Source: a virus
Reading direction: 5' to 3' (one strand)
Virus record (IMG/VR): IMGVR_UViG_3300021962_000036
Coordinates: 1 to 64,000 of that record
DNA: 64,000 nt
Of the stretch, positions 45,078 through 54,302 are shown piece by piece. The position numbers were made by a program, and so were the translations under genes. Positions within the stretch are counted from its first letter, which is position 1. Each line of letters opens with the position of its first letter. The notes beneath the pieces were generated by a model, which was not told the DNA's origin, ran no database searches, and worked only from the letters and a program-made list of their open reading frames with translations.

Positions 45078-48000
45078 TGAAGGATACAAATAATGTATTG
45101 ATGAAATTTATTAGCACACAGGGTTACAAAAATAGTAGCCCTGATGTTAACAATCCTATTAATGTAATTCCTTCAAATAGAATTACAATGAAGGATGTAG
45201 ATTTTCCAGTACAAGGAATTGATAATTTAGGCAACTCACAATTAATGATGCCAGGTGGTGAATATCTATTTGGTGGCGATTATGTTATTGAAACACCAAT
45301 GAAAAAACAAGGTGGTGAAAAAGATGCAGATATTAAATGTGGCAATTGTGGTTGGTCTTGGAAAGTTTCTAATGGAGGATCAGATCCTTACACATGTCAT
45401 AAATGTGGAGCTGAAAATGCAGAGGTTCAAATGAAAAATGGTGGCCAACATGGTGGTTTAGATAGATGGTTTGCTGAGAAATGGGTTGATGTCAAAACTG
45501 GCAAACCATGTGGTAGACAGAAAGGTGAAAAGCGTGATGGTTATCCTGCATGTAGACCTTCTAAAAGAATTAGTAGTGAAACACCAAAAACAGCTTCTGA
45601 ACTTAGTCAGTCTGAAAAAGATAAATTTAAAAGATCAAAAACATCAAGCAAACGCATTGATTACAATCACAAAAAAAATGAGTTTGGTGGACAAAACATA
45701 TTTGAAAAAAACTTTACAATGGAAGATTATAACAAATTAGAAATGATGGCAAAAGGAGGCAACGTTCCTACTAATCCTGCTTTATGGTCAAGAGCTAAGG
45801 CAGCAGCAAAAGCTAAGTATGACGTTTATCCATCAGCATACGCAAATGGTTTTGCATCAAAATGGTATAAGTCAAAAGGTGGTGGTTGGAGAAAAGCTGA
45901 ATTTGGTATGGAAGTAATGGGTGATGGCGGCACACCAAACAATGCTGGATTTAATGCTTTACCTGATTATGTTCAACAAAAAATAATGAACAATATGGCA
46001 GAAGGTGGTGAAAAAATGCCAGCTGATATTGCACGCGCACGTTTTGCTGCAGCAGGTAATCTTGATCAAATGGATGAATATGGATACGCCTTTGGAGGTT
46101 TCGTACCTGAAATGATGTATGGGGGTGATTATGAAATGAAGAATGGAGGATGTATGGAATGTGGCGGTCAAATGCAAGAAGGAGGAGAACAACCTCAACA
46201 AGAACAAGGATCAAACATTAATGATGCATTAGGTGAAATATCAATGATGTTGGAAAATGGAACAAATCCTAATGACATTTTACAAATGTTAATTGAGCAA
46301 GGTGTTTCAGAAGAGCAAGGTATGGAGATTATTCAGTCAGCTCAAAATGACGTTGTAGAATCTGATTTAGAAGAAGAAGATGTGCCAGTAGATACAGAAG
46401 ATATTGAAGATGATTCTGAAGAATTGTTATCATCTGATGATGAGATGAAGTATGGTGGTATTAAACTTGACCCTAAAAAGAAAGGAACATTTAAAGCACA
46501 AGCTACTAAGATGGGCATGTCTGTACAAGAAGCAGCAGAACACATTTTAGATAATAAAGAAGAATATTCACCAGAGATGGTAAAAAAAGCTAACTTTGCT
46601 AGGAACTTTGCTAAAGAACTTGGAGGACAAATGTATGAAATGGCATCAGGTGGAACAGTTCCTGATCGTTATAAGAATATGGGTTTCTCAAAGGTGGGTG
46701 TTAAAAAACAATCTACGCGTCCTGGAAAAAAATGGATGGTGCTTGCAAAAAAAGGTGATCAATATAAAGTAGTACATGGTGGATGGAAAGGAATGAAAGA
46801 CTTTACACAACATGGTTCTGAAAAACGCAAAGATAGATTTTGGGATAGAATGGGTGGTAGAGATTCTGCAAAAGCAAAAGATCCTTTTTCACCTTTGTAT
46901 TGGCATAAGCGTTTTGGTACTTGGCAAGATGGTGGAGAATCTACTTCAATGTATGACTATGAAAACTATAAAGTTGGAGATCAAAGAACAAACAAGACTG
47001 AATCAAATACAATAAGTTCATTAGAAAATAATGCTTGGAATAGAGGATTAGCTACAGCTAATACATTAGGAGATCCTAGATCAATGATTTGGGCACTACC
47101 TAATAAGGGAATACTTGGAACAGTAAAAGGCATTGCTGGTGCAGCTGCTGGTTTATCTGGTGCTATTTTAGGATATGAAAAATTGTTTAGTAAACCAAAG
47201 ACAACTGAGTATGTTGTAAACAATGATACAAAAGAATCTGGAAAATTATCTGACGTACTTGCAAAAAGAAAAGAAGATCAAGATAAGCTAATGAAACAAT
47301 ACTCTCAACCTAGCATGTACCAAGAAGCTCCTAAAGATGAAATGAATAGAAAACAAAATATGTTACCAGCTGACCCAATGATGCAACCATGGATGAATGA
47401 TGGTACAATACCAAATAATCCTAATGTTGGAATGATGGCTAAGTACGGTGGTGCAATGCAAGAATATCAAGTTGGCGGTCAAAGCAAACCTTTAACATAT
47501 GATGAGTGGCTTGCTGAAAATAATAGAGGTTTAATGGGTGAAGAAGGTAGAGATATGAATGATTATCAACAATACCTTTCATCATTTCAACCTGCTGTAG
47601 CAACAAGTGTTGGAGGTACTGAAGTAGCTCAAACTCCTGGTGGTGCTGCACAACCTACTGACAAATCAGATGTGGCAAAACAATCAACTCAAACTTTTAA
47701 AGGTGATAACGTTGGTGTTATTGCAGCAAACAATGCACTTGCTGGATTAGGAATGGTTAATGAAGTACTTGGTGCAGGTGATTATGAAAAAGAATATAAT
47801 CAACGTTTGAGAGAAATGGGTAATACTATGAATAGATATAATCCTCAGAACGCTGTCAATCCATTTGGTAACTATACATTGAACGCAGGTCCTGCATCAA
47901 ATTTTGCACTTGTTGCAAATACACCAATACAAGACTTTGGTACTAAAATGTCATCAGCTAAATATGGAGGATTAATTCCTTTTATTCCTGCCACAAGACA

Positions 48001-48088
48001 ATATGAAGAAGGCGGTGAGTTTTATGCTGATGAAGATGAGATCAAACGCATTCTTGCAATGGGTGGAGAGATAGAATATCTTGACTAA
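45077..48088 (+). CDS. modular virion cargo polyprotein with repeated xxxGG linkers
   Basis: About 19 [M/Y/F/W/A]xxGG-type motifs separating short Zn-ribbon, basic and acidic modules. Confidence 0.75.
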   Translation: MKDTNNVLMKFISTQGYKNSSPDVNNPINVIPSNRITMKDVDFPVQGIDNLGNSQLMMPGGEYLFGGDYVIETPMKKQGGEKDADIKCGNCGWSWKVSNGGSDPYTCHKCGAENAEVQMKNGGQHGGLDRWFAEKWVDVKTGKPCGRQKGEKRDGYPACRPSKRISSETPKTASELSQSEKDKFKRSKTSSKRIDYNHKKNEFGGQNIFEKNFTMEDYNKLEMMAKGGNVPTNPALWSRAKAAAKAKYDVYPSAYANGFASKWYKSKGGGWRKAEFGMEVMGDGGTPNNAGFNALPDYVQQKIMNNMAEGGEKMPADIARARFAAAGNLDQMDEYGYAFGGFVPEMMYGGDYEMKNGGCMECGGQMQEGGEQPQQEQGSNINDALGEISMMLENGTNPNDILQMLIEQGVSEEQGMEIIQSAQNDVVESDLEEEDVPVDTEDIEDDSEELLSSDDEMKYGGIKLDPKKKGTFKAQATKMGMSVQEAAEHILDNKEEYSPEMVKKANFARNFAKELGGQMYEMASGGTVPDRYKNMGFSKVGVKKQSTRPGKKWMVLAKKGDQYKVVHGGWKGMKDFTQHGSEKRKDRFWDRMGGRDSAKAKDPFSPLYWHKRFGTWQDGGESTSMYDYENYKVGDQRTNKTESNTISSLENNAWNRGLATANTLGDPRSMIWALPNKGILGTVKGIAGAAAGLSGAILGYEKLFSKPKTTEYVVNNDTKESGKLSDVLAKRKEDQDKLMKQYSQPSMYQEAPKDEMNRKQNMLPADPMMQPWMNDGTIPNNPNVGMMAKYGGAMQEYQVGGQSKPLTYDEWLAENNRGLMGEEGRDMNDYQQYLSSFQPAVATSVGGTEVAQTPGGAAQPTDKSDVAKQSTQTFKGDNVGVIAANNALAGLGMVNEVLGAGDYEKEYNQRLREMGNTMNRYNPQNAVNPFGNYTLNAGPASNFALVANTPIQDFGTKMSSAKYGGLIPFIPATRQYEEGGEFYADEDEIKRILAMGGEIEYLD

Positions 48089-48135
48089 AAAATGTAGAAA
48101 AAGCCTTCTAAAATTGGAAAAATCAAATTAAATTT

Positions 48136-48152
48136 GTAAATTCTAAATGTAG
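48136..48152 (+). promoter_or_regulatory. putative late promoter
   Basis: GTAAATTCTAAATGTAG. Confidence 0.65.
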
Positions 48153-48194
48153 GAGGTTTATAATATAATAAAGTTTAAACTTCATAAGTTTATT

Positions 48195-51100
48195 ATGCAA
48201 AAGATTAGAATCAAAAAAGCACCAAAACCTGGAGACCAACAAGACTATAGTTTAGTTGGTAGAAATGTTAGTTTTACTGACACTGGTAAAAGCACAAGTA
48301 ATGTTAAAAATACTATGGGTGCTGTTCCTGAAGAAGAAGCTAACATTGAAGTAGAGGGTGGTGAAACAGTAGTTGGTGATATCAACAAAGATGGTTTCTT
48401 AGAACAATTTACTTTTGTAGGTAAACGTCACTCTAAGGGTGGCATGCCTGTAAATATACCTGAAGGTTCATTTATATTTTCTGACACAAAGAAATTAAAG
48501 ATTAAGGACAAAGAAGTTCTTGAATCTATCTTTGGTTTAAAAGAAAAGAAAGGTGGTTATACTCCTGCAGAAATTGCAAAGAAATATCAAATCAATCAGT
48601 TTGTTCAAGACTTAAAAAGTGAAGATACTGATGCTATTCAAAAACGTTCTTCTGCTGAGATGCTTAAAAAGAATACTCAAAAGTTGGGTATGCTTGCATT
48701 GGTACAAGAATCTATGAAAGGATTTCCTGATGGAATTCCTGCTATTGCAGAATCTGTAATGGCTGGATTAGGTGGAACACAAATACCTGGAATGGAAAAA
48801 GGTGAAAGTGTTCAGGAAGAAGTAATGGAAGGACAGGAAGAAGGAATGAAGTATGGTGGTTCAATGAATAGAAAATTCCAAGATGGAGGTTTTCAATTGA
48901 GTTACACACCTAACATGGTTATATACTTAAATGGTGAACCATTTAAATACAAAACACATGAAGATGCTTTTGGTTGGGGAACTGGTGATATTATTACATT
49001 CCAAGGACCTAATGGTAGAACATATAAGACAAACTCTGAAGACTTAATGGAAAGAGTTGACTCTGGTAAATATGTTGACACAGGATTTGATGGTACAAAA
49101 GCTAAAAGATTTTATGTTGAAAGTAAACCAGGTGGTAGAAATTATTACGCGTCAAACTCAAACACAATTGGTAAAACCACATTAAAGCAAGGGCAGCAAT
49201 TTTATATTGGCAATGAGCAATATGAAGTAGCTAATGCTTATGCTAAAACAACACAGACTGGATATACTGCAGGGTATCAAGGTACAGGTATGGCTAATGC
49301 TGGCTCATCATACAAACAAGATGTTAATACTGTATCTGTTTATAAAATTGATCCAAACACAGGAAAAAGAGTTGGTAATGCTTTTGCTATTGACCCAAGT
49401 AAAATTGAGCAAGGCGTAAGAAATAATACATTTGCTTATGTTAAAGGAACAGCACAAGCTGCTCCAGTATCTGTACCAGTTAATGGTGCATACAATAGCT
49501 ATGACAGTGGTGTTACTGAAAAAACAAAACCTGCAGGACAAGAATATAAGATTGCTGGTAGAGATAAGTATACTTATTACAAAGATGCTAATTCTTCAAC
49601 AGGTTGGACTTATGTAGATACTGATGGTAATAGAGGAAATGTTACAAACAACGAAAGTGTAGCAACCTTGAATAAACAAGTATCAGGCATGCAAACTAAA
49701 GCACCAGCTAAAACAACAAGTACACAACAAACACCTGTTAAATCTGCTCCAAGACCTACAGGCAAACCTAAGACAGCTCAAGAAGCATTAAACTATTTTG
49801 CGTCAGGTGGTTCAGTTTTTGGTTATTATCAAGAAGCAGGTACTGTTACACCTGGTCCTGGTGATCCTCCAAATAATGGTACTTTAAATACTACAGTTGC
49901 TACTAAACAAGATGCACAAGCATCAGGAAACAAACGTGTAGATCCTAATCAAGAAATATTTGCAGGTAACATTACATTAGAAGATGGTACTGTATTAAAA
50001 GCTTATTACAAAGGAAACCAAAAATATTTAAAAGATGCTAGTGGTGCAATTGTAGCACAAGCAACTAGAACAGACGTTCAGAATGAACAATATGGTTCTC
50101 AAAACATTAATCAGATTTTATCTAAAGCTGAGAATGTTAAATATACAAACACAAACTTTGGTACATTTAAAAATCAGCCAAACGTAAAAGGTACTGGTAT
50201 TTATCTTTCTTCAGGAAATGCAGCTGCTAGAACAAGTGGTGATTTATCACCTGAAGAATGGGCTGACTTTCAAGATAGACATGGTGACTGGATTGATAAA
50301 CAATACACAGGAGGATTTGCTCAATACAAAAAAGATTTACAAACTAGTAAAGCAACAGGTGATAAAGCAGCTGCTTGGTTTCAAGATGCTGTAAATGAGA
50401 AATCAATGAAGCAATTTGGTGTACCTTATTTTGCACCATTAGGTTCTAATAAGGAAACCAATCCATATTTTAGAGATTCTAAGTTTGGACAGGTTACATA
50501 CTCTGTACCTAGATTTTTTGATGCTCCTGTTAAAACAGAACCAGGACAAGAAGTTGCATATTTCTGTGTTGAATACACAGATGGTTCTAAAAACGTTGTT
50601 TCTGTTTCTCATAAAACTGGTGAACAACCACTTGCTCCTTCTGGAACAACTATTAAAGCAGTTGGTGCAGCTTCAAAAGATAAAGGAGTTGTTGATGGTC
50701 AATGTATTGGCGTTCCAGGAAAAACTTTTGAGAAAAAACCTAAGAAAGAAGGACCATGGTGGTTACAAGACATTGTCAACTTTGTAGGAACTGCAACAGA
50801 TCAAGTTAATCGTTATGAACCTACACAAGGTAAGATTGACTTAGTTACACCAGGTTATGACTTATTAGACCCTACAAGAAAGCTTGCTGCTAATCAAGAG
50901 CAAATGGCAAGATACCAAAATCAAGTACAAAATACTGCTGATGGTAACGTAGGATTAGCAACAACTCTTGGTGCATCTGGTGAAGGATTTGCTAATGCAG
51001 CAAATGTATTAGATACAACAGAAGCTGCAAATATTGGAATTGTTAATCAAGCATATAATACAAATGCTCAAATTCAAAACCAAGAAATACTTGGTAATGA

Positions 51101-51632
51101 AAATGCACGTCAAAAATATGTTGAAGATATGGCAACATTGAATCAACAGTATGACAATTCATTACAACAAAAGAAATGGAGAGAGATTGCAGCATTTAAT
51201 AATGGTACAACTAACTGGTTTAGAAAAAAACAAATGGAGAATGTTTTATTCCCACAAGTTTATATAGATCCTATTTTAGGAGATGTAGATTTTTCTGGTC
51301 AAGGTAGAGAGATACTTGGTGATGAAGGAACTGGAATGGCTCCTGATGTATACCAAAATCCATATGGAGGTGGTGCAAGAGGTGGTGTTGGTACTGGTTA
51401 TGATCCTTCAGCAATGACTCAAACTGCAAATGCAGCATGGAAAAAAGCTTATGATGAATCAGTAGGTACAAGAGGAGAAGAAGAAGCACGTAAATATGCA
51501 ACTCAAGTATCTAATATGTATTTACAAACTGCTAAGCAGTCTCCTACATGGAAGAATAATTTTCAACAAGCATATATGAGTGGCATGACTACTCCTGCTC
51601 AAGCTAATATGACTCCTTGGGAAGATCAATAA
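48195..51632 (+). CDS. virion cargo/ejection protein candidate
   Basis: 1145 aa; ANIEVEGGET...GKRHSKGG N-domain; MKYGG, FQDGG and FASGG linkers; Q/N-rich C-terminus. Confidence 0.7.
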   Translation: MQKIRIKKAPKPGDQQDYSLVGRNVSFTDTGKSTSNVKNTMGAVPEEEANIEVEGGETVVGDINKDGFLEQFTFVGKRHSKGGMPVNIPEGSFIFSDTKKLKIKDKEVLESIFGLKEKKGGYTPAEIAKKYQINQFVQDLKSEDTDAIQKRSSAEMLKKNTQKLGMLALVQESMKGFPDGIPAIAESVMAGLGGTQIPGMEKGESVQEEVMEGQEEGMKYGGSMNRKFQDGGFQLSYTPNMVIYLNGEPFKYKTHEDAFGWGTGDIITFQGPNGRTYKTNSEDLMERVDSGKYVDTGFDGTKAKRFYVESKPGGRNYYASNSNTIGKTTLKQGQQFYIGNEQYEVANAYAKTTQTGYTAGYQGTGMANAGSSYKQDVNTVSVYKIDPNTGKRVGNAFAIDPSKIEQGVRNNTFAYVKGTAQAAPVSVPVNGAYNSYDSGVTEKTKPAGQEYKIAGRDKYTYYKDANSSTGWTYVDTDGNRGNVTNNESVATLNKQVSGMQTKAPAKTTSTQQTPVKSAPRPTGKPKTAQEALNYFASGGSVFGYYQEAGTVTPGPGDPPNNGTLNTTVATKQDAQASGNKRVDPNQEIFAGNITLEDGTVLKAYYKGNQKYLKDASGAIVAQATRTDVQNEQYGSQNINQILSKAENVKYTNTNFGTFKNQPNVKGTGIYLSSGNAAARTSGDLSPEEWADFQDRHGDWIDKQYTGGFAQYKKDLQTSKATGDKAAAWFQDAVNEKSMKQFGVPYFAPLGSNKETNPYFRDSKFGQVTYSVPRFFDAPVKTEPGQEVAYFCVEYTDGSKNVVSVSHKTGEQPLAPSGTTIKAVGAASKDKGVVDGQCIGVPGKTFEKKPKKEGPWWLQDIVNFVGTATDQVNRYEPTQGKIDLVTPGYDLLDPTRKLAANQEQMARYQNQVQNTADGNVGLATTLGASGEGFANAANVLDTTEAANIGIVNQAYNTNAQIQNQEILGNENARQKYVEDMATLNQQYDNSLQQKKWREIAAFNNGTTNWFRKKQMENVLFPQVYIDPILGDVDFSGQGREILGDEGTGMAPDVYQNPYGGGARGGVGTGYDPSAMTQTANAAWKKAYDESVGTRGEEEARKYATQVSNMYLQTAKQSPTWKNNFQQAYMSGMTTPAQANMTPWEDQ

Positions 51633-51660
51633 TTTAATAAAAGTAAAGTAGAAATAAAAC

Positions 51661-54285
51661 ATGGCAACATTTATAAAAGGACTTACTGATCAATTTGGTC
51701 CAATGCAATTGTACAAACCTGACTATCAGTTTCTGACTCAGGTGTATGGTACAAGACAGGCTGAATATGATCGTGGTTTTAGCATGGTCAAAAATCTTTA
51801 CAACTCTGTGCTAAACAGTGCATTGACAAATTCTGACAATGAAAGTTTTAGACAGGAGGCTTTTAAAAAGCTACAAGGAGCATTGAAAAGTGTTTCTAAT
51901 GTTGACCTTTCAAATCCTACTAATATCATGCGTGCACAAAGTTTGATTGATCCTATTTCTCAGGATCAAGATATGGCGTATGATATGGCTGTAACAAGAT
52001 TTCATCAAGCACAAAAGCAAAAGATGGAGCAGTACAAAAATAGTTCTGATCCTAAGATGCGTGCAATGTATAGTGATTACAGTAAAATGGATATTGCTTT
52101 TGCAGAAGAAGATTTAAGAGGTGCTAAAAGAGGAGATGGATCTGTACAAAAAGTACAGCCACGTGAGTTTGTTCCATTTGAAGATACAATGGAATATCTT
52201 AGAAAAGCAGCTAAAGAACAAGGATTAGAAATTACACAGTCTGGTCCAGATGGTAATGGTTATATTATTAAACGTGTGAATGGTGCAGGTGTAGCTCCTA
52301 TTTTTACTGAGTGGGCAAAGGCCACAATGGGAACTAGATTTGACAGACAGTTTCAGGTTATGGGACGTGTTGCTGCTGAATCTTCTATCAGAAATGAAAT
52401 GTCAACAAATGGCATAAAAAGAGAAGAAGCAATACAAAAAATCTCACAAAAATTATTACCTGTTTTAAATGAAAAAACTTCTACAGAAGGTGTAACAGCT
52501 GATAAAGAACTTAAAAAAATAGATGATGAAATTTCTCTTTATGAGAAAAAATATCCTAATGGATTCCCTCCAACATTACCACATGTAAAAGAAGACTATC
52601 AAGAACTTTTGAAAAAAAGAGATGATTACAAAAATACACTTGATGGTTCTAAATCTGAAGTTGCTAAAATGCAGCAAGAAGGGCCTCAATATGTAGCATC
52701 TAATCTTTACTCATTATATACAAAAGAGGCAAGAGAAAATGCTGCTCAAACTTTTGGTGGTACGCTTGCTACAGCAAAACAATCTATTGAATATAGACCA
52801 GATACTACGTGGGCAACAAAAGCACACATTGCTTCTAGCGAAAGAATTGCTGGTGCAAGACTTGCAATGGATCAACAAAAACTTAATTGGGATAAAGAGA
52901 AGTTTGGTATTACTACTGAACTTAAGATGATGGAATTAAAAGGTAAAGGATATGTGCCATCAGAAGAATACTTAGGTTCAGGTTTAGGTGCTGCACAAAG
53001 TGGAGCTGAACTTGTTTCTAAAGGTATGAACATCAATAGAGAAAAAGCATTTTCTACAGCATTTAATGCTGAGAATGGTTTAGCTTTACTTGTATTGAAT
53101 GAAGACGCAAAACAGTATTCAGATGTTTACAATACTGTAAATAAGATTAAACAAATGGGTGCTGGTCAGAGAGTTACATTAACAGCTCAAGACAAGGCTA
53201 CATTAAAAATGTATGGTGACAAGTTAGGTATTAATATTACAGCTCCAGGAAATGCTGCACAAGCAACTGGATTAGTTGATGCACTAGCAGGATATACATA
53301 CAAAGCTGCTACAGATAAATTACCAGCTTATTCAAGATTACACAAAACAGGTGACGCAGCAAAATTTGTTCAAAGTTTTAGAGGAGCATCTAATGCATTT
53401 AAAACATTAGAATCAGAAAGAACAAACCTTAATCAAAACATGTTGAGACTTTCTCAAGAAGTTGTTGGTGCTAACGGAAGAGTTAAAGATGCTTATAAAG
53501 GTGCGGTAATTAGAGGAAGACTTGCAAATGGAGCATATGATTTGGACTTATCAAACACAAGTGCTGCTGCAAAACAAAGACTAGGTACTTTAGTGACATC
53601 TGAGTATGCTGCTAGAACAAGACCTGTAACATCTAATTACAAATTCAGTAAGTTAAACGCTGCTGAGATAGAAGTTCTTGTTAAGAATCCATATGCTGTA
53701 AAGTCAATCACTTCATCAGATGGATCTGCTATTGATATGAGTGTGTTAAAGAATATGAATGCATCTGACTTAGCTGAGTTGTTTGGTGATCAAGCAACAG
53801 TTAATTATGATGGTAACAATGCAAATATTCAAGTTAACATTTCTCAGAAATCTGATATAGGTAAAAAGATAGGAATTAAAAATCCTGGTACATTAACATT
53901 TGTATTACCTTATGAGTCTGCTAGAGCAAACAGTGCTTTAGGAAGAATTAACAAGTACGCTACTGTTAACTCAGTGTCATCACAATCACTTGGTGTATTA
54001 GATGATTTCTTAACTAACCCTGGTGCTTCTGTTAAAGGTGAGCAATCTTATAAAGGTTTTGATTTTGATTACAATTTGCAAGGATCTCAAGATGCATCTG
54101 GTAATCCTGTGTTAATTTATAACATTGATTTTTACAATCCTCAAACTAAAAAACGTGAAAATAAAACTTCATATATTCCTTTTAGACCAGGTGATGTAAA
54201 TAGTTTGCTAAAAGCAAATGAAACTATTAACTCTACGTTTGATAATTACATCAATCAGAGAATTCAACATGAATTAGGACAATAA
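51661..54285 (+). CDS. virion cargo/ejection protein candidate
   Basis: 874-aa helical protein in the giant-gene block. Confidence 0.65.
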   Translation: MATFIKGLTDQFGPMQLYKPDYQFLTQVYGTRQAEYDRGFSMVKNLYNSVLNSALTNSDNESFRQEAFKKLQGALKSVSNVDLSNPTNIMRAQSLIDPISQDQDMAYDMAVTRFHQAQKQKMEQYKNSSDPKMRAMYSDYSKMDIAFAEEDLRGAKRGDGSVQKVQPREFVPFEDTMEYLRKAAKEQGLEITQSGPDGNGYIIKRVNGAGVAPIFTEWAKATMGTRFDRQFQVMGRVAAESSIRNEMSTNGIKREEAIQKISQKLLPVLNEKTSTEGVTADKELKKIDDEISLYEKKYPNGFPPTLPHVKEDYQELLKKRDDYKNTLDGSKSEVAKMQQEGPQYVASNLYSLYTKEARENAAQTFGGTLATAKQSIEYRPDTTWATKAHIASSERIAGARLAMDQQKLNWDKEKFGITTELKMMELKGKGYVPSEEYLGSGLGAAQSGAELVSKGMNINREKAFSTAFNAENGLALLVLNEDAKQYSDVYNTVNKIKQMGAGQRVTLTAQDKATLKMYGDKLGINITAPGNAAQATGLVDALAGYTYKAATDKLPAYSRLHKTGDAAKFVQSFRGASNAFKTLESERTNLNQNMLRLSQEVVGANGRVKDAYKGAVIRGRLANGAYDLDLSNTSAAAKQRLGTLVTSEYAARTRPVTSNYKFSKLNAAEIEVLVKNPYAVKSITSSDGSAIDMSVLKNMNASDLAELFGDQATVNYDGNNANIQVNISQKSDIGKKIGIKNPGTLTFVLPYESARANSALGRINKYATVNSVSSQSLGVLDDFLTNPGASVKGEQSYKGFDFDYNLQGSQDASGNPVLIYNIDFYNPQTKKRENKTSYIPFRPGDVNSLLKANETINSTFDNYINQRIQHELGQ

Positions 54286-54302
54286 AGAAATAAACCATTT
54301 AC

